Assembly (NCBI GenBank): GCA_030746635.1
Contig: JASLMH010000001.1
Coordinates: forward strand, 26,416-90,415
DNA length: 64,000 bases
Source: Alphaproteobacteria bacterium
GTDB taxonomy: Bacteria; Pseudomonadota; Alphaproteobacteria; GCA-2731375
Reading direction: 5' to 3'
Position numbers and translations under genes: made by a program. This document shows, in pieces, positions 28,610-38,881 of this stretch (position 1 is its first letter; each line of letters starts with the position of its first letter). The notes under the pieces are model-generated. The model saw only the letters and a list, made by a program, of their open reading frames with translations, searched no databases and had not been told where the DNA came from.

Positions 28610-29746
28610 ATGGCCCAGCCTACCGATGCCGCCCCGACTGGCGGTGAATTGCGGAAAACGCCGCTGCATGGCCTACACGCGGCCCTGGGCGGCAAGCTGG
28701 TGCCCTTCGCCGGCTATGAAATGCCGGTGCAGTTCGCCGCCGGTATTCTCGGCGAACACCTGCATACCCGCGATGCCGCCGGGCTGTTCGACGTCTCCCA
28801 CATGGGGCAGGCTCGCCTGCGGGGCGATGACCCAGCCCGGGCCCTGGAGGCCCTGGTGCCGGCCGATATCGCCGGTCTGGCAACCGGCGCCATGCGCTAC
28901 ACCCAGCTGACCAACGAGGCCGGCGGGATCATCGACGATCTGATGGTGACCAATGCCGGCGAGCATCTGTTCCTGGTGGTCAACGGCGCCAACAAGGACG
29001 GCGATTTGGCACACCTGCGCGCCGCCCTGCCCGGCGGCATCGAGGTCGAGCATCGCGACGGCGATGCCCTGCTGGCCCTGCAGGGGCCGGCGGCGGCGGC
29101 GGTGCTGGCGCGGCTGGCACCCGGGGCGGCCGACCTCGTGTTCATGACGGCGGCGGCGATCAGCGTCGGCGGCATCGACTGTTTCGTCTCCCGCTCCGGC
29201 TATACCGGCGAGGACGGCTTCGAGATTTCCCTGCCGGGGGACCGGGCCGAGGGCCTGGCCCGGCGCCTGCTGGACGAGCCGGAGGTCGAGCCGATCGGCC
29301 TGGGCGCGCGGGATTCCCTGCGCCTGGAGGCCGGGCTCTGCCTGCACGGCCACGACATCGATGGGACCACGACGCCGATCGAGGCCGGCCTGACCTGGTC
29401 GATCCAGAAGCGCCGCCGCCAGGAGGGCGGCTTTCCCGGCGCCGGCATCATTCAGGCGCAGCTTCGGGACGGCCCGGCCCGGCGGCGGGTCGGCATCCGG
29501 CCGGACGGCCGCGCCCCGGCCCGTGAACATACCGAGATCCTCGATGCCGCCGGCGCCAGCGTCGGCACGGTGACCTCCGGTGGTTTCGGTCCCAGCGTCG
29601 GCGGCCCCGTCGCCATGGGTTATGTGCAAAGCGCCAACGCCGGCGAAGGCAGCGAGTTGGGGCTGATGGTGCGCGGCCGCAGCCTGGCCGCCAGGGTCGT
29701 CAAGATGCCTTTCGTCCCGCAACGTTATTACCGGGGCCGGGCGTGA
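28610..29746 (+). CDS. gcvT: Glycine cleavage aminomethyltransferase T
   Basis: LFDVSHMGQ, RSGYTGEDGFE, GLGARDSLRLEAG, TSGGFGPS. Confidence 0.97.
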   Translation: MAQPTDAAPTGGELRKTPLHGLHAALGGKLVPFAGYEMPVQFAAGILGEHLHTRDAAGLFDVSHMGQARLRGDDPARALEALVPADIAGLATGAMRYTQLTNEAGGIIDDLMVTNAGEHLFLVVNGANKDGDLAHLRAALPGGIEVEHRDGDALLALQGPAAAAVLARLAPGAADLVFMTAAAISVGGIDCFVSRSGYTGEDGFEISLPGDRAEGLARRLLDEPEVEPIGLGARDSLRLEAGLCLHGHDIDGTTTPIEAGLTWSIQKRRRQEGGFPGAGIIQAQLRDGPARRRVGIRPDGRAPAREHTEILDAAGASVGTVTSGGFGPSVGGPVAMGYVQSANAGEGSELGLMVRGRSLAARVVKMPFVPQRYYRGRA

Positions 29747-29807
29747 GAGTACCCATCCCGATACCTTCGAGCGGCCAGCCAAGGGTCAACAAAAACAGGA
29801 GCACGGC

Positions 29808-30185
29808 ATGAGCGATATCCGGTTTAGCGAGGAACACGAATGGATCCGCGTCGACGGTGACGTCGGCACCTGCGGCATCACCGAATTCGCCCAGGAACAG
29901 TTGGGTGACATCGTCTATGTCGAACTGCCCGAGGCCGGCCGCCAGGTCGCCCAAAACGAGGAAATCGCCGTCGTCGAATCGGTCAAGGCAGCCAGCGAGC
30001 TCTACGCCCCGGTAGCCGGCGAGGTGGTCGACAGCAACCAGGCCCTGGTCGACGACCCGGCCAAGGTCAACGCCGATGCCATGGGCGAGGGCTGGTTCTT
30101 CAAGATCCGCCTGTCCGATCCAGGGCAACTGGACGCCCTGATGGACGAGGCCGCCTACCTGGCGCTGGTGGCGGAGCAGGCCTGA
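29808..30185 (+). CDS. gcvH: Glycine cleavage H protein
   Basis: [14 protein letters not shown], lipoyl site VESVKAASE. Confidence 0.97.
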   Translation: MSDIRFSEEHEWIRVDGDVGTCGITEFAQEQLGDIVYVELPEAGRQVAQNEEIAVVESVKAASELYAPVAGEVVDSNQALVDDPAKVNADAMGEGWFFKIRLSDPGQLDALMDEAAYLALVAEQA

Positions 30186-31531
30186 TGCGCTACCTGCCCC
30201 ATACCGAGGCCGACCGTCAGGCCATGCTGGCCGCCATCGGCGTCGGCGCGATCGACGATCTGTTCGACGACGTACCGGCCTCGGCCCGTCTGCCGGAGCT
30301 GCTTGATTTGCCGAACCATCAGGGCGAGATGCAGGTGGAACGGGACCTGGAGGCGCTGGCCGGACGCAATCTGTCGGCCGGCGCCGCGCCCTGCTTCCTG
30401 GGCGCCGGCGCCTACCGCCATCACCTGCCGGCCGCGGTCGACCATCTGATCCAGCGCTCGGAATTCCTCACCGCCTATACCCCCTACCAGCCGGAGGTCA
30501 GCCAGGGCACCCTGCAGTACCTGTTCGAGTACCAGACCCAGGTGGCGCTGCTGACCGGCATGGAGGTGGCCAACGCCTCGATGTACGACGGTGCCACCGC
30601 CTGCGCCGAGGCGGTGCTGATGGCCCACCGCCTGAACAAACGGCGGCGCACCCTGCTCTCGGGCGGCCTGCATCCCCATTACCGGGAGGCGACCGTCACC
30701 GCGACCCAGTTCACCAATTTCGAGATGGCGGCGCAGCCGCCCGACGCCGATGGCGGCGAGGATCTGGCCGCCCTGATCGACGACGACACCGCCTGCGTGG
30801 TGGTGCAGAACCCCGACGTGTTCGGCCGCCTGCATGACCTGAGCCCGCTGGCCGCCGCCGCCCAGGCCAAGGGCGCCCTGCTGGTGGCGGTGGTCACCGA
30901 GGTGGTCTCCCTGGGCGCCTTGACGCCGCCGGGCGAAATGGGCGCCGACATCGTCGTCGGCGAGGGCCAATCCCTGGGCAATCCGCTGAACTTCGGCGGT
31001 CCGTATCTGGGCCTGTTCGCCAGCCGGCAGAAGTTCCTGCGGCAGATGCCGGGGCGTCTGTGCGGCGAGACCGCCGATGCCGAGGGCCGGCGCGGCTATG
31101 TGCTGACCCTGTCGACCCGGGAACAGCACATCCGGCGGGAAAAGGCGACCTCCAACATCTGCACCAACTCCGGCCTGTGCAGCCTCGGTTTCTGTATCCA
31201 CCTCGCGCTGCTGGGCGAAACCGGCCTGCGCCGCCTGGCCGGATGGAACCATGCCCGGGCGGTGCAAACGGCAGACGCCCTAGGGGCGCTGGATGGCGTC
31301 GAGGTGCTGAACGACAGCTTCTTCAACGAGTTCACGGTCCGTTTGCCGCGGGCCGCCGACGGCGTGGTTTCGGACCTGGCGGAACGCGGCATCCTGGGCG
31401 GGGTGCCGCTCAGCCGCTTCTACCCCGACGACGGGGCGTTGGCCGATCTGCTGCTGGTCGCCGCCACCGAGAGCAATACCGAGGATGACATCGCCGCCCT
31501 CGCCGGCGCCCTGGCGGAGGTGCTGTCATGA
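30185..31531 (+). CDS. gcvPA: Glycine dehydrogenase subunit 1
   Basis: [38 protein letters not shown]. Confidence 0.96.
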   Translation: MRYLPHTEADRQAMLAAIGVGAIDDLFDDVPASARLPELLDLPNHQGEMQVERDLEALAGRNLSAGAAPCFLGAGAYRHHLPAAVDHLIQRSEFLTAYTPYQPEVSQGTLQYLFEYQTQVALLTGMEVANASMYDGATACAEAVLMAHRLNKRRRTLLSGGLHPHYREATVTATQFTNFEMAAQPPDADGGEDLAALIDDDTACVVVQNPDVFGRLHDLSPLAAAAQAKGALLVAVVTEVVSLGALTPPGEMGADIVVGEGQSLGNPLNFGGPYLGLFASRQKFLRQMPGRLCGETADAEGRRGYVLTLSTREQHIRREKATSNICTNSGLCSLGFCIHLALLGETGLRRLAGWNHARAVQTADALGALDGVEVLNDSFFNEFTVRLPRAADGVVSDLAERGILGGVPLSRFYPDDGALADLLLVAATESNTEDDIAALAGALAEVLS

Positions 31532-33090
31532 GCCATGCCAGCGATCTTTCCCGGCCCGGCGCGGCGGGCGCCGCGGCGCCGATCACCACCAACAGCGGTC
31601 ATCGCGGCCTCGATCTGGAGGAACCGCTGATCTTCGAACAGGACGCGCCGGGCCGCTGCGGCGTCGACCTGCCGGAACCGCCCGAGTTGGCGGGCCGCCT
31701 GGGCGGCCTGGAACGGCAAGCGCCGATCGGCCTGCCGGGCCTCACCGAGCCCCAGGTGGTGCGCCATTTCGTCCGTCTGTCGCGGAACAACTTCGCCATC
31801 GACGCCGGTCTCTATCCGCTCGGCTCCTGCACCATGAAGCACAACCCGCGCCTGAATGAAAAGCTGGCGCGGCTGCCGGGCTTCGCCGATCTGCACCCCC
31901 TGCAGCCGGCGGAAACCGTGCCGGGCGCGCTGCAATTGATCGACGAGTTGGCGCAATGGCTGATCGCCCTGACCGGCATGCCGGCGGTGGCGATGTCGCC
32001 GGCCGCCGGCGCCCATGGCGAACTGTGCGGCCTGATGTGCATTCGCGCCGCCCTGGAGGCGGCGGGCGATGCCCGCGAGGTGGTGCTGGTGCCGGAATCC
32101 GCCCACGGCACCAATCCGGCCACGGCGGCGGTATGCGGCTACCGGATCGAGGAGATCCCGGCCGATGGGCGTGGCCGGGTCGATCTGGCCGCCCTCACGG
32201 AGCGGCTGGATCCGACGGTAGCGGCGATCATGCTGACCAACCCCAACACCTGCGGCCTGTTCGAGACCGATATCGTCGAGATCGCCGAGGCGGTGCACCA
32301 GGCCGGCGCCTACTTCTATTGCGACGGCGCCAACTTCAACGCCATCGTCGGCAGGGTGCGGCCCGGCGATCTGGGCATCGACTGCATGCACCTGAACCTG
32401 CACAAGACCTTCTCCACCCCCCATGGCGGCGGCGGCCCGGGCAGTGGACCGGTGGTGCTGTCGGCGGCCCTGGCGCCGTTCGCGCCGTTGCCGATGCTGG
32501 TGCGCGGCCCCGACGGCCCGCGCCTGGCCGAACACGCGACCGAGGCCGACGGCACGGCCGCCAGTTTCGGCCGGATGAAGGCCTTCCACGGCCAAATGGG
32601 CATGTTCGTCCGGGCCCTGGCCTACATCCTCAGCCACGGCGGGGACGGGCTGCGCCAGGCGGCCGAGGACGCGGTGCTGAACGCCAACTACGTCCTGGCG
32701 GAACTGCAGGACCAAATGTCGCTGTCGTTCCCCGGGCCCTGCATGCACGAAGTACTGTTCGACGACGGCTTCCTCAAGGACACCGGCGTCAGCACCCTGG
32801 ATTTCGCCAAGGCGATGATCGACGAGGGCTTCCACCCGATGACCATGTACTTCCCCCTGGTGGTGCACGGGGCGATGCTGATCGAACCGACCGAATCGGA
32901 ATCCAAGGCCTCGATCGACCAATTCATCGCCAGCCTGCGCCACCTCGTCGAGCGGGCCAAGGCCGGCGATGCGGCGCTATTCGCCGGCGCCCCCTACCTG
33001 GCGCCCCGGCGCCGCCTGGACGAAACCCAGGCGGCCCGCAAGCCGGTGCTGCGCTGGACCCCGCCGGCGGAAGAAGCGGCGGCGGAATAG
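31528..33090 (+). CDS. gcvPB: Glycine dehydrogenase subunit 2
   Basis: [32 protein letters not shown]-lysine motif, IEPTESESK. Confidence 0.96.
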   Translation: MSHASDLSRPGAAGAAAPITTNSGHRGLDLEEPLIFEQDAPGRCGVDLPEPPELAGRLGGLERQAPIGLPGLTEPQVVRHFVRLSRNNFAIDAGLYPLGSCTMKHNPRLNEKLARLPGFADLHPLQPAETVPGALQLIDELAQWLIALTGMPAVAMSPAAGAHGELCGLMCIRAALEAAGDAREVVLVPESAHGTNPATAAVCGYRIEEIPADGRGRVDLAALTERLDPTVAAIMLTNPNTCGLFETDIVEIAEAVHQAGAYFYCDGANFNAIVGRVRPGDLGIDCMHLNLHKTFSTPHGGGGPGSGPVVLSAALAPFAPLPMLVRGPDGPRLAEHATEADGTAASFGRMKAFHGQMGMFVRALAYILSHGGDGLRQAAEDAVLNANYVLAELQDQMSLSFPGPCMHEVLFDDGFLKDTGVSTLDFAKAMIDEGFHPMTMYFPLVVHGAMLIEPTESESKASIDQFIASLRHLVERAKAGDAALFAGAPYLAPRRRLDETQAARKPVLRWTPPAEEAAAE

Positions 33091-33150
33091 AGGTGCACCA
33101 CACCACACGGCGTCGGATGCCATCGGCCGTCGCGTTGGCCAACCAGACGG

Positions 33151-33756
33151 CTATGGCGCGTACAGGCGGCTAAACCGCGCCGCCGCCCGGTTTGCCCGGG
33201 CCAAGATTTCCGCCTCGCCCGGCGCGGGTAGCAGTCCAAGCAGACGCCTGATTTGACTGTCGCCGATCAGCAAGCCGAGGAAATCCTCGGCCGCTTCGGA
33301 CGGCGTGTCGATTTGCCAGGTGCCATTCCGGCTATGCCCTTCGAGGAAGCGGATGAAATCGGGTAACGTGGCCTCGCGGCCGGCGCTGGCCAGGACCTGG
33401 GCCAGACGCGAATCGGACGCCGCTTCCGAGATGGCGGCCCGGTTGATCGCGACGGCGTCCTCGCCCAGAAGCAGTCGCAGCAGCGCTTGGCCGAAGGCCA
33501 CCAGCACGGATTCGGCGGTGGTATCATTTTCGAGGCGGGGCGCCAGCGCAGCCTGCACCGCCCGCGCATTGCGTCGGATCACCTGTTCGAACAGGCCCGG
33601 CTTGTCGCCGAACCAGGCATAAAGGGTTTCTTTCGAGGCCGAGGCACGGTTTGCGATCTCCAGCATGCTGGCGCCGCGATAGCCCCGCTCGGCAAGAACC
33701 TCGACGGCGATATCCATTATTTCGTTACGACGTCTCTCGCGCGATGCCGCCTTCAT
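33151..33756 (-). CDS. TetR/AcrR-family transcriptional regulator
   Basis: HTH ASMLEIANRASASKETLYAWFGDKPGLF. Confidence 0.92.
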   Translation of the reverse strand: MKAASRERRRNEIMDIAVEVLAERGYRGASMLEIANRASASKETLYAWFGDKPGLFEQVIRRNARAVQAALAPRLENDTTAESVLVAFGQALLRLLLGEDAVAINRAAISEAASDSRLAQVLASAGREATLPDFIRFLEGHSRNGTWQIDTPSEAAEDFLGLLIGDSQIRRLLGLLPAPGEAEILARANRAAARFSRLYAP

Positions 33757-33792
33757 CGTTCCAATCCGTTTGGCGTAGCACTTGACATAAAC

Positions 33793-33836
33793 CGTACCAT
33801 ACGGTACGGATAAGAGCAAGCGTACCGCTGAGTACG
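33793..33836. promoter_or_regulatory. Two palindromic CGTAC-N6-GTACG sites, candidate TetR operators
   Basis: 33793-33808 CGTACcatacgGTACG and 33821-33836 CGTACcgctgaGTACG in the divergent intergenic region, next to TTGACA at 33782-33787. Confidence 0.75.
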
Positions 33837-33857
33837 GCTCTGTTCAGGAGAAAACCG

Positions 33858-34256
33858 ATGTCGAACGCCAGGGAAACCGGCGCACTACCAAATTACCTCG
33901 CCACCGCCGCGATTACGGTCCTGCTGACGCTCACTGGCGTCATGCTGCTGGCGATGATGTCGCGAACCGCGCCTCATCCGCCGCTCGAAGTGCCGCCTTT
34001 CGCGCTGGGCCCCTTCCTCGGCGCCTCCCTGGCGATCGGCGCGGCAGCCTTCCACGTTCTCAGTCAGGGCGGCCGCCACGGCGCTACGCTCGCCATTCTG
34101 TTCGCGCTCACGGCCTTGGTGTCGTTCGGGCCCCAGAAATACCTGGACCCGCAGTTCTCGCGCATTTGGCCGGCCGTGATCACGGCACAAGTCGCCGTGG
34201 TCACGATATTCGTCTGGGGTGTTGCCGCGGCCTGGCGCCGACGGCGCGCGCCCTGA
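33858..34256 (+). CDS. Small membrane protein (about four TM helices), unknown function
   Basis: Hydrophobic ORF with AGGAG RBS, divergent from the TetR gene. Confidence 0.7.
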   Translation: MSNARETGALPNYLATAAITVLLTLTGVMLLAMMSRTAPHPPLEVPPFALGPFLGASLAIGAAAFHVLSQGGRHGATLAILFALTALVSFGPQKYLDPQFSRIWPAVITAQVAVVTIFVWGVAAAWRRRRAP

Positions 34257-34284
34257 GGCGACGCCGGCCAGTGATCAACGGCAT

Positions 34285-35856
34285 TCAATCCAGGGCGTGA
34301 AACGCCGGACCCGCCTCGCCTTGCCGGGCCGCATGGGCGGTCTCCCGCAGCACCCGGCGTAGGACCTTGTTGGCGGCGTTTCGGGGCAGGGCATCGACGA
34401 AGACGTAGCCCCTGGGCCGCTTGTAGGGGGTCAGGGGACTGGCCTTGCAATGGGCGTCCAGCTCCGCCGCCGTTGGGGCCGGCTTGGCAGCGACGACGCA
34501 GGCCACCACTCGTTCCCCCCAATAGGCGTCCTCGACCCCGACCACCGAGACCTCGCGGATAGCGGGATGGCCGGCCAGCACCGGCTCGACGTCGTCGGGA
34601 TGCACGTTCTCGCCGCCGCTGCGGATGACGTCGTCGACCCGGCCGATGAATTCCACATCGCCGTCCTCAAGCAGCCGAAAAGCATCGCCGGTGAAGTACC
34701 AGCCTTCGCGCAGTTTCTCGGCGGTGGCGTCGGGCCGATCCAGATAGCCGTTGAAGATGGTGTCGGTGTCGCCGTCGACGATCAGTTCGCCCTCCTCCCC
34801 CGGCGCCACCCGGTCGTCATGGCCGCCGCCATAGCGGATCACCCGCACCCGCGAGTAGCGGCCCGGTCGCAGGCGGGTGGCCTGGCCCACCGGCTCGGGG
34901 TGGTACAGCGAGCACATGGTCTCGGTGGTGCCGTAGATATGCCGGATGGTGGCCGGCCATTCACCGTCGATACGCGCCAGCAGGCTGGGCGAAATCGAGG
35001 CGCCGCCGTAGAGCACCAGCTCCAGCGAGGCCATCTTGGCGGGATCGTAGTTGGCCGCCCCCACCATGGCGGCGTAGAAGGTCGGCACGGTGAACAGGAA
35101 GGTGATCCGGTGCTCGGCGACGGCGTCGACGGCCTTGGCCGGGTCGAACTGCGAGACCACGTAATAGGTGGCGTTGTAGGTCAGGGCGGCGAGGAAATTG
35201 CCGTAGAAGCCGATGGCGTGGCTCAGGGGCGCCAGGCCCAGGATCCGGCCATGGGTGCCGCAGCGCAGCCCGGCCATGGGCGAGATCCAGACGATGCGTG
35301 GCTCGGTGGTGCGGTGGGGGATTTCGACGCCCTTGGGCAGGCCCGTGGTGCCCGAGGTGTAGAAGATGTAGGCCAGATCCTCCGGCCCCGGCCGCACGAA
35401 CGGCGGCAGGCCGCCGCCATCGCCGCGACAGGCGGCGAAGCTCTCGGCACCCTCGACCTCGCCGCCGGCACACAGCAGCGGCGTGCCGTTGGGCAGCGCC
35501 CCCGCGACCGCCTTCGCCATGTCCGCGTTGGGCAGTACGATCGCCCCCTGCATGCCGCCCTCTCGCACCAGTTCGGCCACCTCGTCCGGCGTCAGCCGGG
35601 CATTGACCAGGGCCGGCACCGCCCCCAGCCGGGCCAGGGCCAGCAGGATCAGGGCATGCTCCAGCAGGTTGGGTAGCACGGTGGCGAAGCGCGATCCCGC
35701 CGTCACCCCACGAGCGGCCAGTCCGGCGGCGACGGCGTCGACCTCGTCGATCAGTTGCCGATAGCTCAGGCGCCGCTCGCTGCGGTCATCGACGATGGCC
35801 AAATGATCCGGCGTGCGCTCCGCGGCGTACCAGACCAGATCGTAGCTGCTGTGCAT
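34285..35856 (-). CDS. Aryl-CoA ligase resembling 4-chlorobenzoate:CoA ligase
   Basis: FYTSGTTGLPKG, IYGTTETMCSLY, GRVDDVIRSGGENVHP, NAANKVLRR, plus segments close to FcbA as I recall it (LGAVPALVNARL, GEEGELIV). Confidence 0.8.
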   Translation of the reverse strand: MHSSYDLVWYAAERTPDHLAIVDDRSERRLSYRQLIDEVDAVAAGLAARGVTAGSRFATVLPNLLEHALILLALARLGAVPALVNARLTPDEVAELVREGGMQGAIVLPNADMAKAVAGALPNGTPLLCAGGEVEGAESFAACRGDGGGLPPFVRPGPEDLAYIFYTSGTTGLPKGVEIPHRTTEPRIVWISPMAGLRCGTHGRILGLAPLSHAIGFYGNFLAALTYNATYYVVSQFDPAKAVDAVAEHRITFLFTVPTFYAAMVGAANYDPAKMASLELVLYGGASISPSLLARIDGEWPATIRHIYGTTETMCSLYHPEPVGQATRLRPGRYSRVRVIRYGGGHDDRVAPGEEGELIVDGDTDTIFNGYLDRPDATAEKLREGWYFTGDAFRLLEDGDVEFIGRVDDVIRSGGENVHPDDVEPVLAGHPAIREVSVVGVEDAYWGERVVACVVAAKPAPTAAELDAHCKASPLTPYKRPRGYVFVDALPRNAANKVLRRVLRETAHAARQGEAGPAFHALD

Positions 35857-36023
35857 GGGTCCCCCCGACGACGACGCCGATGTCCGATGGTAGCAGCTAT
35901 CGGCGAGCGCCGGAGGCACAGTTTACCAGCCGGCCGTCGATGCCAGCGGCGCCCGCAAACACCGACCCGAGCGATCCTCACGTATTTTGGCCTATACTGT
36001 CATCGGGGAACTGGGGGAAATGG

Positions 36024-36869
36024 ATGGCAGGCGTCGAAAGTGATGTGCGGTCGGTTGCCGCCGCCGACGGCGTGGCGCTCGAATACGAGGTGCTGGGTCA
36101 AGGACCGACGGTCGTGCTGGTACACGGGGCCCTCGGAAGTCGTTTGGTGTTTTCGCGGCAGCGGTCGGCGCTGGCCGAACGGTATCGCCTGATCCTGCCC
36201 AGCGCGCGCGGCCACGACGGCACTACCGCCGTCTGGCCCAATGACTACGGCATCAACGGCAGCGAAATCGATGACCTGTGCGCGGTGCTAGCCGCCGAAG
36301 GTACCGACCGGATCCGCCTGATCGGTCATTCAAGCGGCGGCGCCGTGTGCTTTGCATTTGCCCGGCGTTTTCCGGAACGGGTGGATCGCATGGTGCTGAT
36401 CGAACCCTCCCTCCTGGCTCACCAGCCCAACCCGCCCGAACTGATCAAGCTGGCGGAGACGATCGAGGAGATCGCTGAGATCGGCGAAGCGCAGGGGGAT
36501 ATGGCGGCGTTGCGAGCCACCTTGGACATGGTCGCCGGCCATGCCTGGCGACAACTGGATGAAGAGACCAAAACCGTCCGTCTGAAAGCGATGCAGCATT
36601 TGGCGACATTCGTCGTGCCCCACTGGCGCGCGCTGTTCAGCCATGTGGTAGCGGATGCGGATTTGCAGGCCTTGCAACCGCCGACATTGCTGCTCTACGG
36701 CGACGCGAGCTTTGCTTTTGAAGCGGCGATCGCCGCGCGCTTCCAGTCAGTCCGACCGGATTTGCCGCAGATCCTCCTGCCCGATGCGGGCCATGCCGCC
36801 CATCTTGAACGTGCCGACATCGCCACGCCGGCAATCCTGGATTTCCTGAACGACGGAGCGTCGTCCTGA
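36024..36869 (+). CDS. Alpha/beta-fold hydrolase
   Basis: LVHG oxyanion motif, GHSSGG nucleophile elbow, DAGHAAH catalytic His. Confidence 0.9.
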   Translation: MAGVESDVRSVAAADGVALEYEVLGQGPTVVLVHGALGSRLVFSRQRSALAERYRLILPSARGHDGTTAVWPNDYGINGSEIDDLCAVLAAEGTDRIRLIGHSSGGAVCFAFARRFPERVDRMVLIEPSLLAHQPNPPELIKLAETIEEIAEIGEAQGDMAALRATLDMVAGHAWRQLDEETKTVRLKAMQHLATFVVPHWRALFSHVVADADLQALQPPTLLLYGDASFAFEAAIAARFQSVRPDLPQILLPDAGHAAHLERADIATPAILDFLNDGASS

Positions 36870-36880
36870 GGCGTGCCTCA

Positions 36881-37303
36881 TCACCCGGCGGACTGATCCC
36901 AGGATGGCGCCTCGAGAATCTTTTGCAGCCCCTCCTGCTGTTTGCTGAGCGAGCGCCGCCGCCCGCCGCCCACCGCTTGCCAGGCATCGAGGAATTTCGC
37001 CGTCAGCGCGCAGGTGGCGCCATGCGCGGCGATATAGCCGGCGCCGGCCAGGCGGGCGAAACCGCCCATCAGTTCGGCGTCGGTGAAAATGGCGTGATTG
37101 ATGGCATCGCCGGCGCCGTAGATATCCTCCAGCGTCGTCGCCGGTTTGCCCCCTTGGGCCGTCTTGATCGCCTGCAGCAGCCAGACATCGCTCCATTGGC
37201 TCGGGCCGGGGTCGCCGGCGCCCTCCGGCACCAGTTCGCCGCCGGTGTCGGCCAGATAGGCCTTGGCGGCCTTGCGGTAGGTGGCACGGTAGTCCTTCGC
37301 CAT
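36881..37303 (-). CDS. Hypothetical protein
   Basis: ATG 37303 preceded by AAGGAAG. Protein-like composition, no family recognised. Confidence 0.55.
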   Translation of the reverse strand: MAKDYRATYRKAAKAYLADTGGELVPEGAGDPGPSQWSDVWLLQAIKTAQGGKPATTLEDIYGAGDAINHAIFTDAELMGGFARLAGAGYIAAHGATCALTAKFLDAWQAVGGGRRRSLSKQQEGLQKILEAPSWDQSAG

Positions 37304-37358
37304 GGTGCTTCCTTGTCGTAGGTGAATGCGACCATACTCCGGGCAGGAGCAACCGGCC

Positions 37359-37979
37359 ATGAGCAACAACCAGGCACCACCCCCCTCGGCGCCGGGCGGC
37401 TGGCGAAAACGGCTCGGCGGCCTGGCCTGCCTGCTGACGGCGGCGGTTCTGCTGGCGGCGATCGGCGTCATCCTGGTCGAGCGGTTCGGCCGCCAGCCGA
37501 TCCAGATCAGCGGCACCATCGACCGGGTCGGCTCCCGCACCCATCCCGGCCAGTTCCGGCGCACCGCCATCAACGCGGCGGCCCTGCAGCTGACCCTGAA
37601 GCGAGCCCTGGTGAAGGGCCGCTATCAGCCGGTGTTCGGCCACCAGCCGTCGATCTGGCCCACGGACGAGGCCGAGGACCTGGCCCAACGCCTGCCGGTC
37701 GGCACCCGGGTGCGGCTGACCGTCGATCGGCGGCAATTGGTGGCGGCCAAGGACCATCTACTGGAACGTCACCGCCTTGAACAGGCCTTTGGCATTTACG
37801 AGCCGCCGATGCTGGGCAACGCCGGCGGCGTGGCCATCATCGCCCTGGAGGCCGACGGCGCACTGGTTTTCGATACCTCCGGCGAATATCTGGAGTTCGG
37901 CCTGGTGGTCGCTTTCTGCCTGCTGGCGATGCTGATGTTCGGCGCCGTCGGCTTGGCCCTGGTCCGGGGAACGATCTGA
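37359..37979 (+). CDS. Hypothetical membrane protein with N- and C-terminal TM helices
   Basis: AGGAG RBS, two hydrophobic segments flanking a soluble domain. Confidence 0.6.
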   Translation: MSNNQAPPPSAPGGWRKRLGGLACLLTAAVLLAAIGVILVERFGRQPIQISGTIDRVGSRTHPGQFRRTAINAAALQLTLKRALVKGRYQPVFGHQPSIWPTDEAEDLAQRLPVGTRVRLTVDRRQLVAAKDHLLERHRLEQAFGIYEPPMLGNAGGVAIIALEADGALVFDTSGEYLEFGLVVAFCLLAMLMFGAVGLALVRGTI

Positions 37980-38053
37980 GCGAAACCGGCACCGGTTGAT
38001 CCGTCGCCTTCGACCGGCCTATCGTCGGGGGCGAACACGCGGGGGAAACGATC

Positions 38054-38881
38054 ATGACGGACGCACCGGCATTCGATGCCGAGGCCTTTCGCGAATTCGA
38101 GCACGGCGGCTGGGAGAACCTCGCCGCCGGTTACGAAAAATACTGGACCGAGATGACCACCGACATCGCCGGCCCCTTGCTGGACGGGACAAAGGTTGGT
38201 GAAGGCTCGCGCCTGCTCGATGTGGCCACCGGCCCGGGCAACATCGCCGGGGCAGCGGCGGCGCGGGGTGCCGTGGTGACCGGCGTCGATTTCTCGGAAA
38301 CCATGGTCGAGATGGCCCGCCGCGACTGCCCGGGAGCCGAATTCAGACAGGGCGATGCCGAAGCGTTGCCGTTCGATGCGGCCGGCTTCGACGCCGTGGT
38401 GATCAATTTCGGCATGCTGCACTTCCCCGATCCGGACAAGGCCCTGGCCGAAGCCCAGCGGGTGCTGCGGCCCGGCGGCGGCATCGGCATCACCGCCTGG
38501 TCGAGGCCGGGCGAAACCGGCATCGGCATCGCCATGGGTGCGGTCAGGGACCATGGCCGGATCGACGTGGATTTGCCCCAGGGCACCGACATGTTCCGTT
38601 TCGCCGATGCCGACGAGTGCCAGCGCGTGCTCTCGGCGCTCGGCTTCGTCGATATCGCCAGCCGCAAAGTCCCCCTGACCTGGCGGTTCCGGTCGCCCGA
38701 CGACCTGATCGTCGGTTTCATGGATGCGGCACCGCGCAGCGGCGGCCTGCTGAAGGCCCAGACCCCCGAGGACCTGCGGGCCATCCGGGACGCAATGCGT
38801 CAGGCCGCCTTGGCCTACGAACAGGACGGGGCCTATCACATCCCCATGCCGGCGGTGCTGACGACGGCGACCAAAAGCTAA
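38054..38881 (+). CDS. Class I SAM-dependent methyltransferase (UbiE-like)
   Basis: LLDVATGPG, QGDAEALPFD, FGMLHF, RVLRPGG. Confidence 0.9.
   Translation: MTDAPAFDAEAFREFEHGGWENLAAGYEKYWTEMTTDIAGPLLDGTKVGEGSRLLDVATGPGNIAGAAAARGAVVTGVDFSETMVEMARRDCPGAEFRQGDAEALPFDAAGFDAVVINFGMLHFPDPDKALAEAQRVLRPGGGIGITAWSRPGETGIGIAMGAVRDHGRIDVDLPQGTDMFRFADADECQRVLSALGFVDIASRKVPLTWRFRSPDDLIVGFMDAAPRSGGLLKAQTPEDLRAIRDAMRQAALAYEQDGAYHIPMPAVLTTATKS

Noticed and set aside
28610-29746. GcvT-fold gene as DMSP demethylase DmdA, given the dddP-like gene
   Set aside because: It lies in a gcvT-H-PA-PB operon under a glycine riboswitch, so it is the canonical GcvT.
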